From the NCBI GenBank assembly GCA_965279115.1, contig OZ257137.1, positions 1,941,217 through 2,005,216 on the forward strand: a stretch of DNA of 64,000 nt, written 5' to 3'. Made by a program: the position numbers and the translations under genes. Below the pieces are notes generated by a model that searched no databases, was not told where the DNA came from, and worked only from the letters and a program-made list of their open reading frames with translations. Source of the DNA: Burkholderiales bacterium. GTDB lineage: Bacteria > Pseudomonadota > Gammaproteobacteria > Burkholderiales > JAEUOS01. Shown in pieces: positions 20,158-30,836 of this stretch (its first letter is position 1; each line of letters begins with the position of its first letter).

Positions 20158-20315
20158 GGGGCCTTCGGATCAATGTCGCCGCGCAAGTGCGGATCGTAGG
20201 CGAACCACTCTACTGCAATGACAGATACCGCGTTTCGGTTGGGTGGAACCTCTACCGGCGGCCCGCCTCGGCATTGAGTAACATGCCGCCTCCCTTCACC
20301 GCATCGCACCCGACC

Positions 20316-21305
20316 ATGGCCTCCATCAAAAGCCCCGCCGTCCTGATCCACCGCAATGGTGGTCCGGAAGTTCTTGAAGTCACTGAAATGGATGTGCCCG
20401 ATCCGGGCCCGCAGGAGGTGCGCATCCGCCAGCAGGCCATCGGGCTCAACTTCGCGGACATCTACCAGCGGCGTGGCGCGCATGGGCCGCACCAGACCAC
20501 GCAGTTCCCGGTGGTGCTGGGTTCGCAGGGGTCGGGCGTGATCGAATCGGTCGGCGCCGAGGTGCATGACCTCAAGGTCGGGCAGGCGGTCACCTACGTG
20601 CACCCCGGGGCGTATGCCGCGGTGCGCCTGTTGCCGGCGGAGCGCACCCTGCCGATGCCTGACGGGCTCACCATGGAAACCGCCGCCGCCACGCTCCTGC
20701 GCGGCATGACGGCTGAATACCTGTTGCACCGGCTCTACAAGCTCAAGGCCGGCGAGCGCGTGCTGGTGCATGCGGCGGCGGGCGGCATGGGGCTGATCCT
20801 CTCGGCATGGGCGCGCGCGCTCGGCGCCGAAGTCGTCGGCACGGTGGGCTCGGACGACAAGCGCGAGACAGCGCTGGCACACGGCTGCCACCATGTCATC
20901 AACTACAAGCGCGAGGACTTCGTGCGCCGGGTCGGCGAGGTCACCCGGGGCGCGGGTGTCTCGATCATCTACGACGCGGTCGGCCGCGATGTGTTTTTCC
21001 CTTCGCTGGATTGCCTCTGCAACCGTGGCACCATCATCAGCTACGGCACCGCCTCGGGCGATGTGGAAGGCCTGGACCTGCAGCTACTGCACGCGAAGTC
21101 GCTGACGGTGTGCCGTCCCACGCTGAAGAGCTTCATCGCCACCACGGCGGAGTTGCGGCAATCCGCAGCGACCTTCGCCGCCGCGGTGAAGAGCGGCGCG
21201 GTCAAGGCGGAGATCGGGCGGCGCTATCCGCTGGCCGAAGTGGCCCGAGCGCATGTGGAACTGGAAAGCCGGCAGACCACTGGCGCGCCGGTGCTGCTGC
21301 CCTGA
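20316..21305 (+). CDS. NADPH:quinone oxidoreductase (Qor, MDR family)
   Basis: GGPEVL, AIGLNFAD, LRGMTAEYLL, HAAAGGMG, YD.VG, SYGTASG, LESRQTTG. Start uncertain (20283 or 20316). Confidence 0.88.
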   Translation: MASIKSPAVLIHRNGGPEVLEVTEMDVPDPGPQEVRIRQQAIGLNFADIYQRRGAHGPHQTTQFPVVLGSQGSGVIESVGAEVHDLKVGQAVTYVHPGAYAAVRLLPAERTLPMPDGLTMETAAATLLRGMTAEYLLHRLYKLKAGERVLVHAAAGGMGLILSAWARALGAEVVGTVGSDDKRETALAHGCHHVINYKREDFVRRVGEVTRGAGVSIIYDAVGRDVFFPSLDCLCNRGTIISYGTASGDVEGLDLQLLHAKSLTVCRPTLKSFIATTAELRQSAATFAAAVKSGAVKAEIGRRYPLAEVARAHVELESRQTTGAPVLLP

Positions 21306-21339
21306 ACGTCCCGAAGTGCTGCGGACGGCCCCTGCGCTC

Positions 21340-22305
21340 CTATTCCGGGTTCATGCCGGCTTCGCGGAAGGCGCGGCTCCAGGCCTGCAACTGCTCGCCG
21401 ATGAACACACCGAGCTCATCAGGCGTGGAGCCGGCCAGGTCGAAGCCGAGCTTTTCGATCTTTTCGCGCACATCCGGCTTTTGCATCGCGGCGTTCCATT
21501 CACGATTCATCTTCAGGGCGATGTCCGCCGGCAACTTCGCCGGGCCGAACAGTGCCGCCCAGGTACCGGCGGTGAGCGCAGGCAGGCCGGCCTCCGCGGC
21601 GGTGGGCACGGTCGGAAACAGGGGGGAGCGCGCCGGCAGCAGCACCGCCAGGGCGCGCAGCTTGCCGTCCTTGATGTGCGCCTGCGAGCTGATCGGCGTG
21701 GCGAAGGTGAACTGCACATGGCCACCCAGCAGGTCGGTGATGGTGGGCCCCTCGCCCTTGTAGTTGACCATGTTGGTGTCCGCCTTCACCGACTTGAGCC
21801 GCGTGTGCATCAACTGCGTGACACCGCTGTAGCTGCCATAACCCAGCTTGCCGGGATTGGCGCGCGCGTAGGCCAGGAGCTCGGCCGCGTCCCTGGTCGG
21901 CACGTTAGGGTTGACCACCAGCACGTAGATATAGCGGCCCACCAGCGTCACCGGGGTGAAGCTCTTCACCGGGTCGTAGGGGGCGTTCTTCTTCAGCAGC
22001 GGCACCTGCATCATCGGCGTGTTCGAGGCGAGGAAGAAGGTGTGGCCATCGGGTTCGGAACGCGCGACGAAGTCGCCGGCGATCGCGCCGTCGGCGCCCG
22101 GCCGGTTCTCGACAATCACGGGCTGCCCGAGTGAAGTCGTGAGGGTCTGCGCCAGGATGCGCGCCACCACGTCGGTGGACCCGCCGGGCGGAAACTGCAG
22201 CACGATACGCACCGGCTTGGTGGGCCAGGCCTGTGCGGCGACGAAGGACGCGGCGCATGTCGCTGCAGCCGCGAGGGCAATGCGGATCACTTGGATCAAA
22301 CGCAT
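21340..22305 (-). CDS. Bug/TctC substrate-binding protein
   Basis: WPTKPVRIVLQFPPGGSTD, ENRPGADG, YKG motifs. Confidence 0.9.
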   Translation of the reverse strand: MRLIQVIRIALAAAATCAASFVAAQAWPTKPVRIVLQFPPGGSTDVVARILAQTLTTSLGQPVIVENRPGADGAIAGDFVARSEPDGHTFFLASNTPMMQVPLLKKNAPYDPVKSFTPVTLVGRYIYVLVVNPNVPTRDAAELLAYARANPGKLGYGSYSGVTQLMHTRLKSVKADTNMVNYKGEGPTITDLLGGHVQFTFATPISSQAHIKDGKLRALAVLLPARSPLFPTVPTAAEAGLPALTAGTWAALFGPAKLPADIALKMNREWNAAMQKPDVREKIEKLGFDLAGSTPDELGVFIGEQLQAWSRAFREAGMNPE

Positions 22306-22323
22306 GGTGTCTCCTAGGATGAT

Positions 22324-22358
22324 GTTGTCGTTCTCTTGCCAGTTGTCTTGCTCTTGCC
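22324..22358. repeat. Tandem 17-bp imperfect direct repeat (period 18) in the Bug leader
   Basis: GTTGTCGTTCTCTTGCC / GTTGTCTTGCTCTTGCC, 15 of 17 identical. Confidence 0.55.
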
Positions 22359-22394
22359 GCCTGAGGGTACACCGGCCGACCGGCCGGCTGCGGT

Positions 22395-23591
22395 TCAGGT
22401 CTGGGTCACTCCAATGATGCCGCGCGCGCGCAAGGCCTCGATTGCCGCGGCATCGTAACCGATCTCACCCAGCACCTCGGCCGTATGCTGGCCCAGCAAC
22501 GGCGGCGCGCTGGCCGACTGCGCGGGTTCCTCATTGAAGCGCACCGGAAAGGCCACGCTGGGCAGGTCGCCCAGCGTCGGATGCGGCGTGGTCTGCACCA
22601 GCTTGCGCGCGATCACCTGCGGATGATTGATCGCCTCTTCGAGCGTGTGGATGGGCGCGCAGGGAATGCCGGCGCCGCGGCATTGCTCCAGCCAGTGCGC
22701 CACCGGCTGCTTGTCGATTTTCTCCTGGACCATGGCCACGGTCAGGTCGAAGTTGGCCACGCGCGCCGCGTTGGTGGCGAAGCGCGGGTCATCAACCACA
22801 TCGCCCATGTCGAGCATGGTGCAGAAGCGCCGCCACTGCGTGTCGTTGCCCACACCGATCATCATCGGCGCATCGGACGCATTGAACGCCTGATAGGGCG
22901 CCAGGGCGCCGTGGCCGGTACCCATCGGGCGCGGCGATTTTCCGTTCACCCAGTAGCCCTGCGCCAGGTAACCCATCAGGCTCATGGCGGTGGAGAGCAG
23001 CGACACCTCCAGATACATCCCCTTGCCGGTGCGGCCACGCTCGATCACCGCCGCCAGCACGCCGGACAGCCCGTTGGCGCCGGTGCACAGGTCCACCGGC
23101 GAGAAGCTTGCGCGCGCCAGCCCGCCGCCGGGCACGCCCATGCTGGCCAGCATGCCGGAGAAGGCCTGCAGCATGACGTCGTAACCGGGCATCTCGCCCA
23201 GAGGGCCGTCGCGGCCATAGCCGGAGATTTCGCAATAGATCAGGCGCGGGTTGAGCCTGGAAAGCGTGGCGTAGTCCACGCCGAGGCGTTTCGCCGCACC
23301 GGCGCCAAACCCCTGCAGCACGATGTCGGCCGAGGCCACCAGGGTGTGCACGATCTTGCGGCCCTCGTCACTCTTGAGATCCAGCGCCAGGCTCTTCTTG
23401 TTGCGGTTGACCGAAAGGAACAGGGCCGCTTCACCCTTTAGCTGCGGCAACCAGGACCGCGTGTCGTCGCCGGTGCCCGGTGGTTCGATCTTGATGACTT
23501 CCGCGCCCAGTTCCCCCAGCGACTGTCCGCACAGCGGGCCGGCCAGCACTTTGGAGAGGTCGATGACGCGCAGGCCTTGCAGTGGTTGCAT
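22395..23591 (-). CDS. CaiB/BaiF family III CoA transferase
   Basis: PL.GLRVIDLS.VLAGP, GDDTR, NRNKKS, SGYG..GP..PGYD, APY..F, PP.LGQHT. Confidence 0.92.
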   Translation of the reverse strand: MQPLQGLRVIDLSKVLAGPLCGQSLGELGAEVIKIEPPGTGDDTRSWLPQLKGEAALFLSVNRNKKSLALDLKSDEGRKIVHTLVASADIVLQGFGAGAAKRLGVDYATLSRLNPRLIYCEISGYGRDGPLGEMPGYDVMLQAFSGMLASMGVPGGGLARASFSPVDLCTGANGLSGVLAAVIERGRTGKGMYLEVSLLSTAMSLMGYLAQGYWVNGKSPRPMGTGHGALAPYQAFNASDAPMMIGVGNDTQWRRFCTMLDMGDVVDDPRFATNAARVANFDLTVAMVQEKIDKQPVAHWLEQCRGAGIPCAPIHTLEEAINHPQVIARKLVQTTPHPTLGDLPSVAFPVRFNEEPAQSASAPPLLGQHTAEVLGEIGYDAAAIEALRARGIIGVTQT

Positions 23592-23620
23592 TTGTCTCTT
23601 TCCGTTTGGTTTTGGATGCG

Positions 23621-23647
23621 AAAGCGCGCCGACGGGCGGCGCGCTTT
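23621..23647. terminator. 11-bp stem hairpin, likely terminator
   Basis: AAAGCGCGCCG-ACGGG-CGGCGCGCTTT between the Bug and CoA-transferase genes. Confidence 0.6.
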
Positions 23648-23718
23648 TCTGGCGTTGCGTTCGCCCGCGATTCTAGTCGCGCGACGTGTTCAGTACGTGG
23701 CGTCGGTCGAAGCCCGCC

Positions 23719-24708
23719 TTATTGCGGCTGGAACCCGCTGGCCTTGATGATGCCGGCCCAGGTCCTGGTGTACGCCTGTTCGCGGCTCGCCAGTTGCGCC
23801 TGCGGCATGTAGCCCACCGCCAGGCCCATGGCGGACAGCCGGTTACGCACGTCCGGCATCGCCAGCACCTTGGCTAAGGCCTCGCCGAAGCGGTCGGTCA
23901 CCGCCTTGGGCGTGCCGGCGGGGGCGAAGATGCCGTAGTAGGGCACATCCTCAAAGCCGGCCAGGCCCAGCTCGGCGAAGGTGGGCACGTCGGGCAGTGC
24001 CGCCTGGCGTTGCGTGCCCAGCACCGCGACCACACGGATGCGCCCGCCCTTGTGGTTCTCGATGAAATCCGGCACCGACCCCACACCGGCGGCGATCTGG
24101 TTGCCGAGCATGTCGCCCATCATCGGCGCGCTGCCCTTGTAGGGCACCGGCACCAGGTCAAGGCCGTACTTCTGGCCGATCAGCTTGACCAGGAACTCCG
24201 GGGTCGAGGCGGGTGCCGGCACGCCGACGTTGCCCTTGCCGCCGCCCGCGCCCTTGATCCAGTTCACGTACTCGTTCACCGACCGGGCCGGAGTTCCGCC
24301 CGAAACCGCGAAGGCGTTGACGAAGGTCGCAAAGCCCGCCACCGGGGTGAAATCCTTCGCCGGATCGAACCCCGCGTTCTTCACCACCTGCGGCAGGATC
24401 GAGATGGTGTGATCATGCGAAAGAAACAGGGTCCTGCCGTCCGGCGCCGCCGCCTTCAGCGCCTGGGCCGCAATCTGGCCGCCCGCGCCGGCGCGATTTT
24501 CCACCACCACCTGGGTGCCGAGTTCATCCTTGAGGTGCTCGGCCAGGGTGCGCGCGATGGCGTCGGTGCCGCCACCCGCGGGAAAGCCGACCATCAGCTT
24601 GATCGGTCCTGCTGTTTGCGCTGAGGCAAATCCGATGACAAAAAACGCGCCGGCGGCAAGGAGACTGCGCAAACTGCGGATCGCTACGCGCCTAAAAGTA
24701 CGTGACAT
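23719..24708 (-). CDS. Bug/TctC substrate-binding protein
   Basis: PIKLMVGFPAGGGTD, ENRAGAGG, VPYKG. Confidence 0.9.
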   Translation of the reverse strand: MSRTFRRVAIRSLRSLLAAGAFFVIGFASAQTAGPIKLMVGFPAGGGTDAIARTLAEHLKDELGTQVVVENRAGAGGQIAAQALKAAAPDGRTLFLSHDHTISILPQVVKNAGFDPAKDFTPVAGFATFVNAFAVSGGTPARSVNEYVNWIKGAGGGKGNVGVPAPASTPEFLVKLIGQKYGLDLVPVPYKGSAPMMGDMLGNQIAAGVGSVPDFIENHKGGRIRVVAVLGTQRQAALPDVPTFAELGLAGFEDVPYYGIFAPAGTPKAVTDRFGEALAKVLAMPDVRNRLSAMGLAVGYMPQAQLASREQAYTRTWAGIIKASGFQPQ

Positions 24709-24856
24709 GATTGACTCCGTATGAATCAGAAAGAAAAAGCCGGAAACCGAGCTGGCATTTTGCCTTGCGCAGTACTCCGGCCTTTGATTCACCGCAAAAA
24801 TCGTGCCCCGGCATGGACACGGCTGCTGCCCCCATGTCCCGCGATCGATCGCAGCA

Positions 24857-27800
24857 CTACATGCTGCGCCGGTACTGCCCGCCCACCTCGAACAGCGCAT
24901 CGGTGATCTGGCCGAGCGAGCACACGCGGGCGGCGTCCATCAGCACCTCGAAAACATTGGCGTTGTGAATCACCGCCTGCTGCAGGCGCTTGAGCATGGC
25001 GGGTGCCACCGACTTGTTGCGCTCGTGGAACTCGGCCAGTCGCTTCAGTTGCGACCGCTTTTCTTCCTCGGTGGAACGGATCAGCTCGATGGTCTGCGGC
25101 ATGCCCGAATCGTGCGGATTGCGGAAGGTGTTCACGCCGATGATCGGGTAGGAGCCGTCGTGCTTCTTGTGCTCGTAGTACATCGACTGTTCCTGGATCT
25201 CGCCGCGCTGGTAGCCGGTTTCCATGGCGCCCAGCACGCCGCCGCGCTCGGAGATGGCCTCGAACTCCTTCAACACCGCCTCCTCGACCAGGTCGGTGAG
25301 TTCCTCGATGATGAAGGACCCCTGGTTGGGGTTCTCGTTCTTGCCGATGCCCCACTCGCGGTTGATGATGAGCTGGATCGCCATGGCGCGCCGCACGCTT
25401 TCCTCAGTGGGCGTGGTGATCGCCTCGTCGTAGGCGTTGGTGTGCAGTGAATTGGTGTTGTCGTAGGTGGAGATCAGCGCCTGCAGGGTGGTGCGGATGT
25501 CGTTGAAGGCGATCTCCTGGGCGTGCAGGCTGCGACCCGAAGTCTGCGAGTGGAACTTGAGTTTCTGGCTGCGATCGTTGCCACCGTACTTGTTCTTGAT
25601 GGTGGTGGCCCAGATGCGCCGCGCCACCCGGCCGATGACCGAATACTCCGGATCCATGCCGTAGGAGAAGAAGAACGACAGGTTGGGCGCGAAGTCGTCG
25701 ATGTGCATGCCGCGCGCCAGGTAGGCTTCAACGAAAGTGAAGCCGTTCGAAAGCGTGAAGGCGAGCTGCGAGATCGGGTTGGCGCCGGCTTCGGCGATGT
25801 GGTATCCGGAGATCGACACCGAGTAGAAGTTGCGCACCTTGTGGCGCACGAAGTATTCCTGGATGTCGCCCATCACCTTGAGGCTGAACTCGGTGGAGAA
25901 GATGCAGGTGTTCTGACCCTGGTCTTCCTTGAGGATGTCGGCCTGCACGGTGCCGCGCACGTTTTCCAGCACCCAGGCGCGGATCTTGGCGGCCTCGTCA
26001 TCGGTGGGGTCGCGGCCGTTGTCGGCCTTGAACTTCTCCAGGTTCTGGTCGATCGCGGTGTTCATGAAGAACGCCAGGATGGTCGGTGCCGGGCCGTTGA
26101 TGGTCATCGACACGCTGGTGTTGGGCGAGCAGAGATCGAAGCCGCCGTAGAGCACCTTCATGTCGTCCAGCGTGGCGATCGACACGCCGGAATTGCCGAC
26201 CTTGCCGTAGATGTCCGGGCGGATCGCCGGGTCGTTGCCGTAGAGCGTTACCGAATCGAAGGCGGTGGAGAGCCGCTTGGCCGGCATGTCCTTGGACACA
26301 TGGTGGAAGCGCCGATTGGTGCGGAACGGGTCGCCTTCGCCCGCGAACATGCGGGTCGGGTCCTCGTTCTCGCGCTTGAAGGCGAACACACCGGCGGTAA
26401 AGGGGAAGGAGCCCGGCACGTTTTCCAGCATCAGCCACTTGACCAGTTCGCCGTCGTCCTCGAAACGCGGCAACGCCACCTTGCGCACCTTGGTGCCGGA
26501 TAGGGAGGTGTAGGTCAGCGCGGTGCGGATCTCCTTGTCGCGGATCTTCACCACGTATTCGTCGCCGGCATAGGCCTTCTGCATGTCCGGCCATTGCGCC
26601 AGCAGCTTCTTGGCCGGCGGCTCCAGGCGGGTGTCGCGGTCGACGAACAGGGTGTCGAGTTCGGCGACTTCGCGCTTGCACTCGGCCGAAAGCATGTGGC
26701 GCACGCTTTGCAACTGCTGGCGCTCGCGCGCCAGGCGCGCCTGACCCTTCACGTACAGGTGATAACCACGCACCGTGTCGGCAATCTCGGCCAGGTAGCG
26801 CACGCGTTGCGGCGGCACCACCGGCGTCTGGTTGGAGGACGACTTGCCCTTTACATGCGGCAAGCGTCCGGGCGCGGCATCCAGGCCCAGCGACTTCAGC
26901 TTTGGCAGCATGCCCTGGTAGAGCGCGGTGATGCCGTCGTCGTTGAAGCGGCTGGCCATGGTGCCGTAGACCGGCATGTCGTCGGGGCTCTGGCTGAAGG
27001 CCTCGCGGTTGCGCTGGTATTGCTTGCGCACATCGCGCAGGGCATCGGCGGCGCCCTTGCGGTCGAACTTGTTGATGGCCACGAAGTCGGCGAAGTCGAG
27101 CATGTCGATCTTCTCGAGCTGCGAGGCAGCGCCGAACTCCGGCGTCATCACATACAGGCTGGTGTCGACCAGCGGCACGATGGCGGCGTCGCCCTGGCCG
27201 ATGCCCGAGGTTTCCACCAGGATCAGATCGAAGCCCGCCACCTTGCAGGCGGCGATCACGTCAGGCAGCGCCTTGGAGATCTCCGACCCGGCTTCGCGCG
27301 TGGCCAGCGAGCGCATGAAGATGTTCGGATGGTTGATGGCGTTCATGCGGATGCGGTCGCCGAGCAGCGCGCCGCCCGACTTGCGGCGCGACGGATCGAT
27401 GGAGATCACCGCCAGCTTGAGGGTCTCGTTCTGGTCCAGGCGGAAGCGGCGGATCAACTCGTCGGTGAGCGAACTCTTGCCCGCACCGCCGGTGCCGGTG
27501 ATGCCAAGGGTCGGGGTCCTGATCTTCGCCGCGGCTTCGACCAACTGCTTGTGCAGCACGCTGTCGGCGCGGCCATTCTCGAGTGCGGTGATGAACTGCG
27601 CCAGCGCGCGCCGCTGCGGCTGCGCCGGGCCCGTGATGGCTTCCAGGGCATTGGGCGCGAACGGCGACAGGTCGACGTCGCAGCGCTCCAGCATGTCCCA
27701 GATCATGCCGAGCAGGCCCATCTTCTGCCCGTCCTCGGGTGAATAGATGCGCGTGACGCCATAGGCGTGCAGGTCGCGGATTTCTTCCGGCACGATCACA

Positions 27801-28126
27801 CCGCCGCCACCGCCAAATACCTTGATGTGGGCACCGCCGCGCTCCTTCAACAGGTCGATCATGTACTTGAAGTACTCGACATGCCCGCCCTGGTAGGACG
27901 ACATGGCGATGCCCTGCGCATCCTCCTGCAGGGCGGCGTTGACCACCTCGTCGACCGAGCGGTTATGGCCCAGGTGGATGACCTCAGCACCCTGCGCCTG
28001 CAGGATGCGCCGCATGATGTTGATCGAGGCGTCGTGGCCGTCGAACAAGGAAGCCGCGGTTACAAAGCGCACCTTGTTCTTGAGCTTCGGCGTTTCGAGC
28101 TGCTTCTGGACGGAAAGGTCGGTCAT
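24857..28126 (-). CDS. icmF: Fused isobutyryl-CoA mutase / MeaB-like GTPase (IcmF)
   Basis: N-terminal B12 domain FDGHDAS...SSYQGGH; P-loop [24 protein letters not shown]; mutase domain [32 protein letters not shown]. Confidence 0.95.
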   Translation of the reverse strand: MTDLSVQKQLETPKLKNKVRFVTAASLFDGHDASINIMRRILQAQGAEVIHLGHNRSVDEVVNAALQEDAQGIAMSSYQGGHVEYFKYMIDLLKERGGAHIKVFGGGGGVIVPEEIRDLHAYGVTRIYSPEDGQKMGLLGMIWDMLERCDVDLSPFAPNALEAITGPAQPQRRALAQFITALENGRADSVLHKQLVEAAAKIRTPTLGITGTGGAGKSSLTDELIRRFRLDQNETLKLAVISIDPSRRKSGGALLGDRIRMNAINHPNIFMRSLATREAGSEISKALPDVIAACKVAGFDLILVETSGIGQGDAAIVPLVDTSLYVMTPEFGAASQLEKIDMLDFADFVAINKFDRKGAADALRDVRKQYQRNREAFSQSPDDMPVYGTMASRFNDDGITALYQGMLPKLKSLGLDAAPGRLPHVKGKSSSNQTPVVPPQRVRYLAEIADTVRGYHLYVKGQARLARERQQLQSVRHMLSAECKREVAELDTLFVDRDTRLEPPAKKLLAQWPDMQKAYAGDEYVVKIRDKEIRTALTYTSLSGTKVRKVALPRFEDDGELVKWLMLENVPGSFPFTAGVFAFKRENEDPTRMFAGEGDPFRTNRRFHHVSKDMPAKRLSTAFDSVTLYGNDPAIRPDIYGKVGNSGVSIATLDDMKVLYGGFDLCSPNTSVSMTINGPAPTILAFFMNTAIDQNLEKFKADNGRDPTDDEAAKIRAWVLENVRGTVQADILKEDQGQNTCIFSTEFSLKVMGDIQEYFVRHKVRNFYSVSISGYHIAEAGANPISQLAFTLSNGFTFVEAYLARGMHIDDFAPNLSFFFSYGMDPEYSVIGRVARRIWATTIKNKYGGNDRSQKLKFHSQTSGRSLHAQEIAFNDIRTTLQALISTYDNTNSLHTNAYDEAITTPTEESVRRAMAIQLIINREWGIGKNENPNQGSFIIEELTDLVEEAVLKEFEAISERGGVLGAMETGYQRGEIQEQSMYYEHKKHDGSYPIIGVNTFRNPHDSGMPQTIELIRSTEEEKRSQLKRLAEFHERNKSVAPAMLKRLQQAVIHNANVFEVLMDAARVCSLGQITDALFEVGGQYRRSM

Positions 28127-28246
28127 GGCGGATTGTCTCGATGTTGTGGCGATGCGTGCGGACGAAAGGCCGCGCCCGGGAATTGTATGCCCGCGGGCGC
28201 GGCCATACGGCCAGGGTCGAAATAACAGGCAGGGCCGCAAGGCTAC

Positions 28247-28268
28247 TTTACGTTTACGTAAACGTCAA
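28247..28268. promoter_or_regulatory. LiuR-type operator (two overlapping copies)
   Basis: TTTACGTTTACGTAAA (28247-28262) overlapping TTTACGTAAACGTCAA (28253-28268); matches the recalled LiuR consensus TTTACGTwwACGTAAA. Lies upstream of icmF. Confidence 0.75.
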
Positions 28269-28379
28269 CCTCGCCAGCGCCCCCGGATGGCTTTCACGCG
28301 ACACGGCATATCCGGGATTGCGGCGGAGTACCATTCCCGCAGGCGCGATGCCAGCCCCCCTGAACAACCGGAGATTTCC

Positions 28380-28967
28380 ATGGAAGCCAAGGCCATGCAA
28401 CATTCCCCAGCGGCGGATGACACGATGCGTCATCGAGTCGCCCGCTTCGCGGAACTGACCCCGCTGCCCATCCAGAAGGACGCCTCGATTCCCCTGTGTG
28501 CGCTGGATCTGCTCTACGCCCGCAAGCTGCTGCCGGTGCTCGGCCTCAATGATGGAGTAGACACCCCCATCACCTCCAGCGCACCGATCCGCGGGGCGGC
28601 GGGCATCACGCTCACCTACGCCGCCTGCCCGCCGGGGCAAGGGCCCGGCCTGCACGCGCACAAGGCCACCCATGAAACCTTCGTGGTGATGGAAGGCGAG
28701 TTCGAGATCAGCTGGGGAACCGAAGGACAGCATGCCACCCGGCTCAAGCGCCTTGACGTGATCTCGGTGCCGCCGGGAGTGACCCGGGCGTTCCGCAACG
28801 TCGGCACCGACGAGGGCATCCTGCTGGTCATCATCTCGGGCGGCGAGCACAACATGAATGACATCCACCTGCCCGAAATGGCCGCCAGCGCGATCAACCG
28901 CGCCTCCCCGGACCTGTTCCGCAAGGTCACTGGCGCCGGCATCACGTACGATGGCGATTTGCGCTGA
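28380..28967 (+). CDS. Cupin domain protein, paralogue A
   Basis: CPPGQGPGLHAHKATHETF...SVPPGVTRAFRNVG. Start 28380 or 28395. Confidence 0.82.
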   Translation: MEAKAMQHSPAADDTMRHRVARFAELTPLPIQKDASIPLCALDLLYARKLLPVLGLNDGVDTPITSSAPIRGAAGITLTYAACPPGQGPGLHAHKATHETFVVMEGEFEISWGTEGQHATRLKRLDVISVPPGVTRAFRNVGTDEGILLVIISGGEHNMNDIHLPEMAASAINRASPDLFRKVTGAGITYDGDLR

Positions 28968-29009
28968 AATGTTTGGCAGCACCCCCTTAAACCACCCCGG
29001 GAGACGACC

Positions 29010-29588
29010 ATGAAAACCGTGCAAATGTCCGCCGATGAAGTCCGTGAACGCACCGCGCGCTTCGAAAACCTGCAAGCCATGTCAACCCTCAAGGACAACC
29101 CGGTGGTGCCGCAGGCGGCCAAGGACATCTTCCTGGCGCGCAAGATCATGCCCATCGTGCTGGAGCAGACACAGAACGCCTTCGGCAATGCGGCGGCGAT
29201 TTTCGGCGCAGCGGGACTGACCATGAACATTTCGGTGTGTCCACCCGGACAGGGCCCCGGCCTGCACGCCCATCACCGCACCTTCGAGACCTTCTTCGTG
29301 CTCGACGGCACCTTCGAGTTCACCGTCAACGACGCCGGCGACCAGAAAGTGGTGCTCAACCGCTGGGACACGTTCTCGGTGCCGCCGGGGGTATGCCGCG
29401 CTTTCCGCAACGTCGGCGACCGTGAAGGCACCATGCTCACGGTGATCACAGGCGGGGTGCACGACCGCAACGACATCAGCCTGCCGCCCTCGATCGGCGC
29501 GGCGATCGATGCTTATGGCCCGGGCGTGCTCGACGAGGTCAAGAAGATCGGGCTGACCTTCGATGCCGGGGTTGAGGCCGGCGCCTGA
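29010..29588 (+). CDS. Cupin domain protein, paralogue B
   Basis: CPPGQGPGLHAHHRTFETF...SVPPGVCRAFRNVG; GGGAGA RBS. Confidence 0.85.
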   Translation: MKTVQMSADEVRERTARFENLQAMSTLKDNPVVPQAAKDIFLARKIMPIVLEQTQNAFGNAAAIFGAAGLTMNISVCPPGQGPGLHAHHRTFETFFVLDGTFEFTVNDAGDQKVVLNRWDTFSVPPGVCRAFRNVGDREGTMLTVITGGVHDRNDISLPPSIGAAIDAYGPGVLDEVKKIGLTFDAGVEAGA

Positions 29589-29597
29589 CTGTGAACT

Positions 29598-30740
29598 TCA
29601 GTAGGGATTAAGAATGATGTCCCGGCTGATGCCGGCGATGTTCTTCACTCCGCACAATGCCATCGAGGTATCAAGTTCCTTCTGGATGATCTGAAGCGCC
29701 GTCGTCACGCCGGCCTCGCCCATCGCCCCCAGCCCGAAGTTGAAGGCGCGCCCGATCAGCGTGCCTTTCGCGCCCAGCGCCAGGGCCTTGAGCATGTCCT
29801 GGCCGGAGCGGATGCCGCCGTCCATCCACACCTCGATCTTGTCGCCGACCGCATCGACGATCGGCGGCAGCGCCTTGATGGATGACAGCGCGCCATCGAG
29901 CTGGCGACCGCCGTGGTTGGAGACGACCAGCGCGTCGGCGCCGGAACGCACGGCGAGCTTGGCGTCTTCCACGTCCTGGATGCCCTTCAGGATGAGCTTG
30001 CCGCCCCATTCCTTCTTGACCCATTCGACATCGTCCCAGTTGAGGGTCGGGTCGAACTGGCTGGCGGTCCATTTGGAGAGCGAGACGATGCCCTCGGCAC
30101 CCTTCACATGGCCCACGATGTTGCCGAACACCTTGCGCTTGGCGCCCAGCATGCGCAGGCTCCAGCCCGGCTTGGTCATCATGTCGACCACGTTGGAGAG
30201 CATGATCTTGGGCGGCACGCTCATGCCGTTTTTGAGGTCCTTGTGGCGCTGGCCGATGATCTGCAGGTCAAGCGTCAATACCAGGGCCGAGCACTTGGCG
30301 GCCTTGGCACGGCCGATCAGGCGCTTGATGTAGTCGCGGTCGCGCATCACGTAGAGCTGGAACCAGAACGGCTTCGTGGTCGCCGCGGCCACGTCCTCGA
30401 TCGAGCAGATGCTCATGGTCGAAAGGGTGAAGGGCACGCCGAATTTTTCAGCGGCGCGCGCGGCGAGGATCTCGCCGTCGGCCCACTGCATGCCGGTCAG
30501 CCCGACCGGCGCCAGCGCGGTGGGTATCGCGACCTTCTCGCCGATCATGGTGGATTCAGTGGAACGGTTGTCCACGTTGACCGCGACGCGCTGGCGCAGC
30601 TTGAGAGCCGCCAGGTCGCTGCTGTTGGCGTTGTAGGTTCCTTCGGTGTAGCTGCCGGCGTCGACATAATCGTAAAACGCCTTGGGGGCGTTTTTCTTAT
30701 GCAACTGGCGCAGGTCTTCGATGCAGGTGATGACAGGCAT
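29598..30740 (-). CDS. lldD: FMN-dependent alpha-hydroxy acid dehydrogenase (L-lactate dehydrogenase)
   Basis: FYDYVDAG, FTLSTMS, FWFQLY, LKGI, VSNHGGRQLDG, DGGIRSG. Confidence 0.88.
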   Translation of the reverse strand: MPVITCIEDLRQLHKKNAPKAFYDYVDAGSYTEGTYNANSSDLAALKLRQRVAVNVDNRSTESTMIGEKVAIPTALAPVGLTGMQWADGEILAARAAEKFGVPFTLSTMSICSIEDVAAATTKPFWFQLYVMRDRDYIKRLIGRAKAAKCSALVLTLDLQIIGQRHKDLKNGMSVPPKIMLSNVVDMMTKPGWSLRMLGAKRKVFGNIVGHVKGAEGIVSLSKWTASQFDPTLNWDDVEWVKKEWGGKLILKGIQDVEDAKLAVRSGADALVVSNHGGRQLDGALSSIKALPPIVDAVGDKIEVWMDGGIRSGQDMLKALALGAKGTLIGRAFNFGLGAMGEAGVTTALQIIQKELDTSMALCGVKNIAGISRDIILNPY

Positions 30741-30836
30741 GGTGCTTCCTTCTTTGTTCTTGTCCGGGCTGTCCCGGTGTAAGGCCGCCGCTTGCGGCGG
30801 GCAACCCGTAATCCTAAGGCATACGACCAACCGGGG

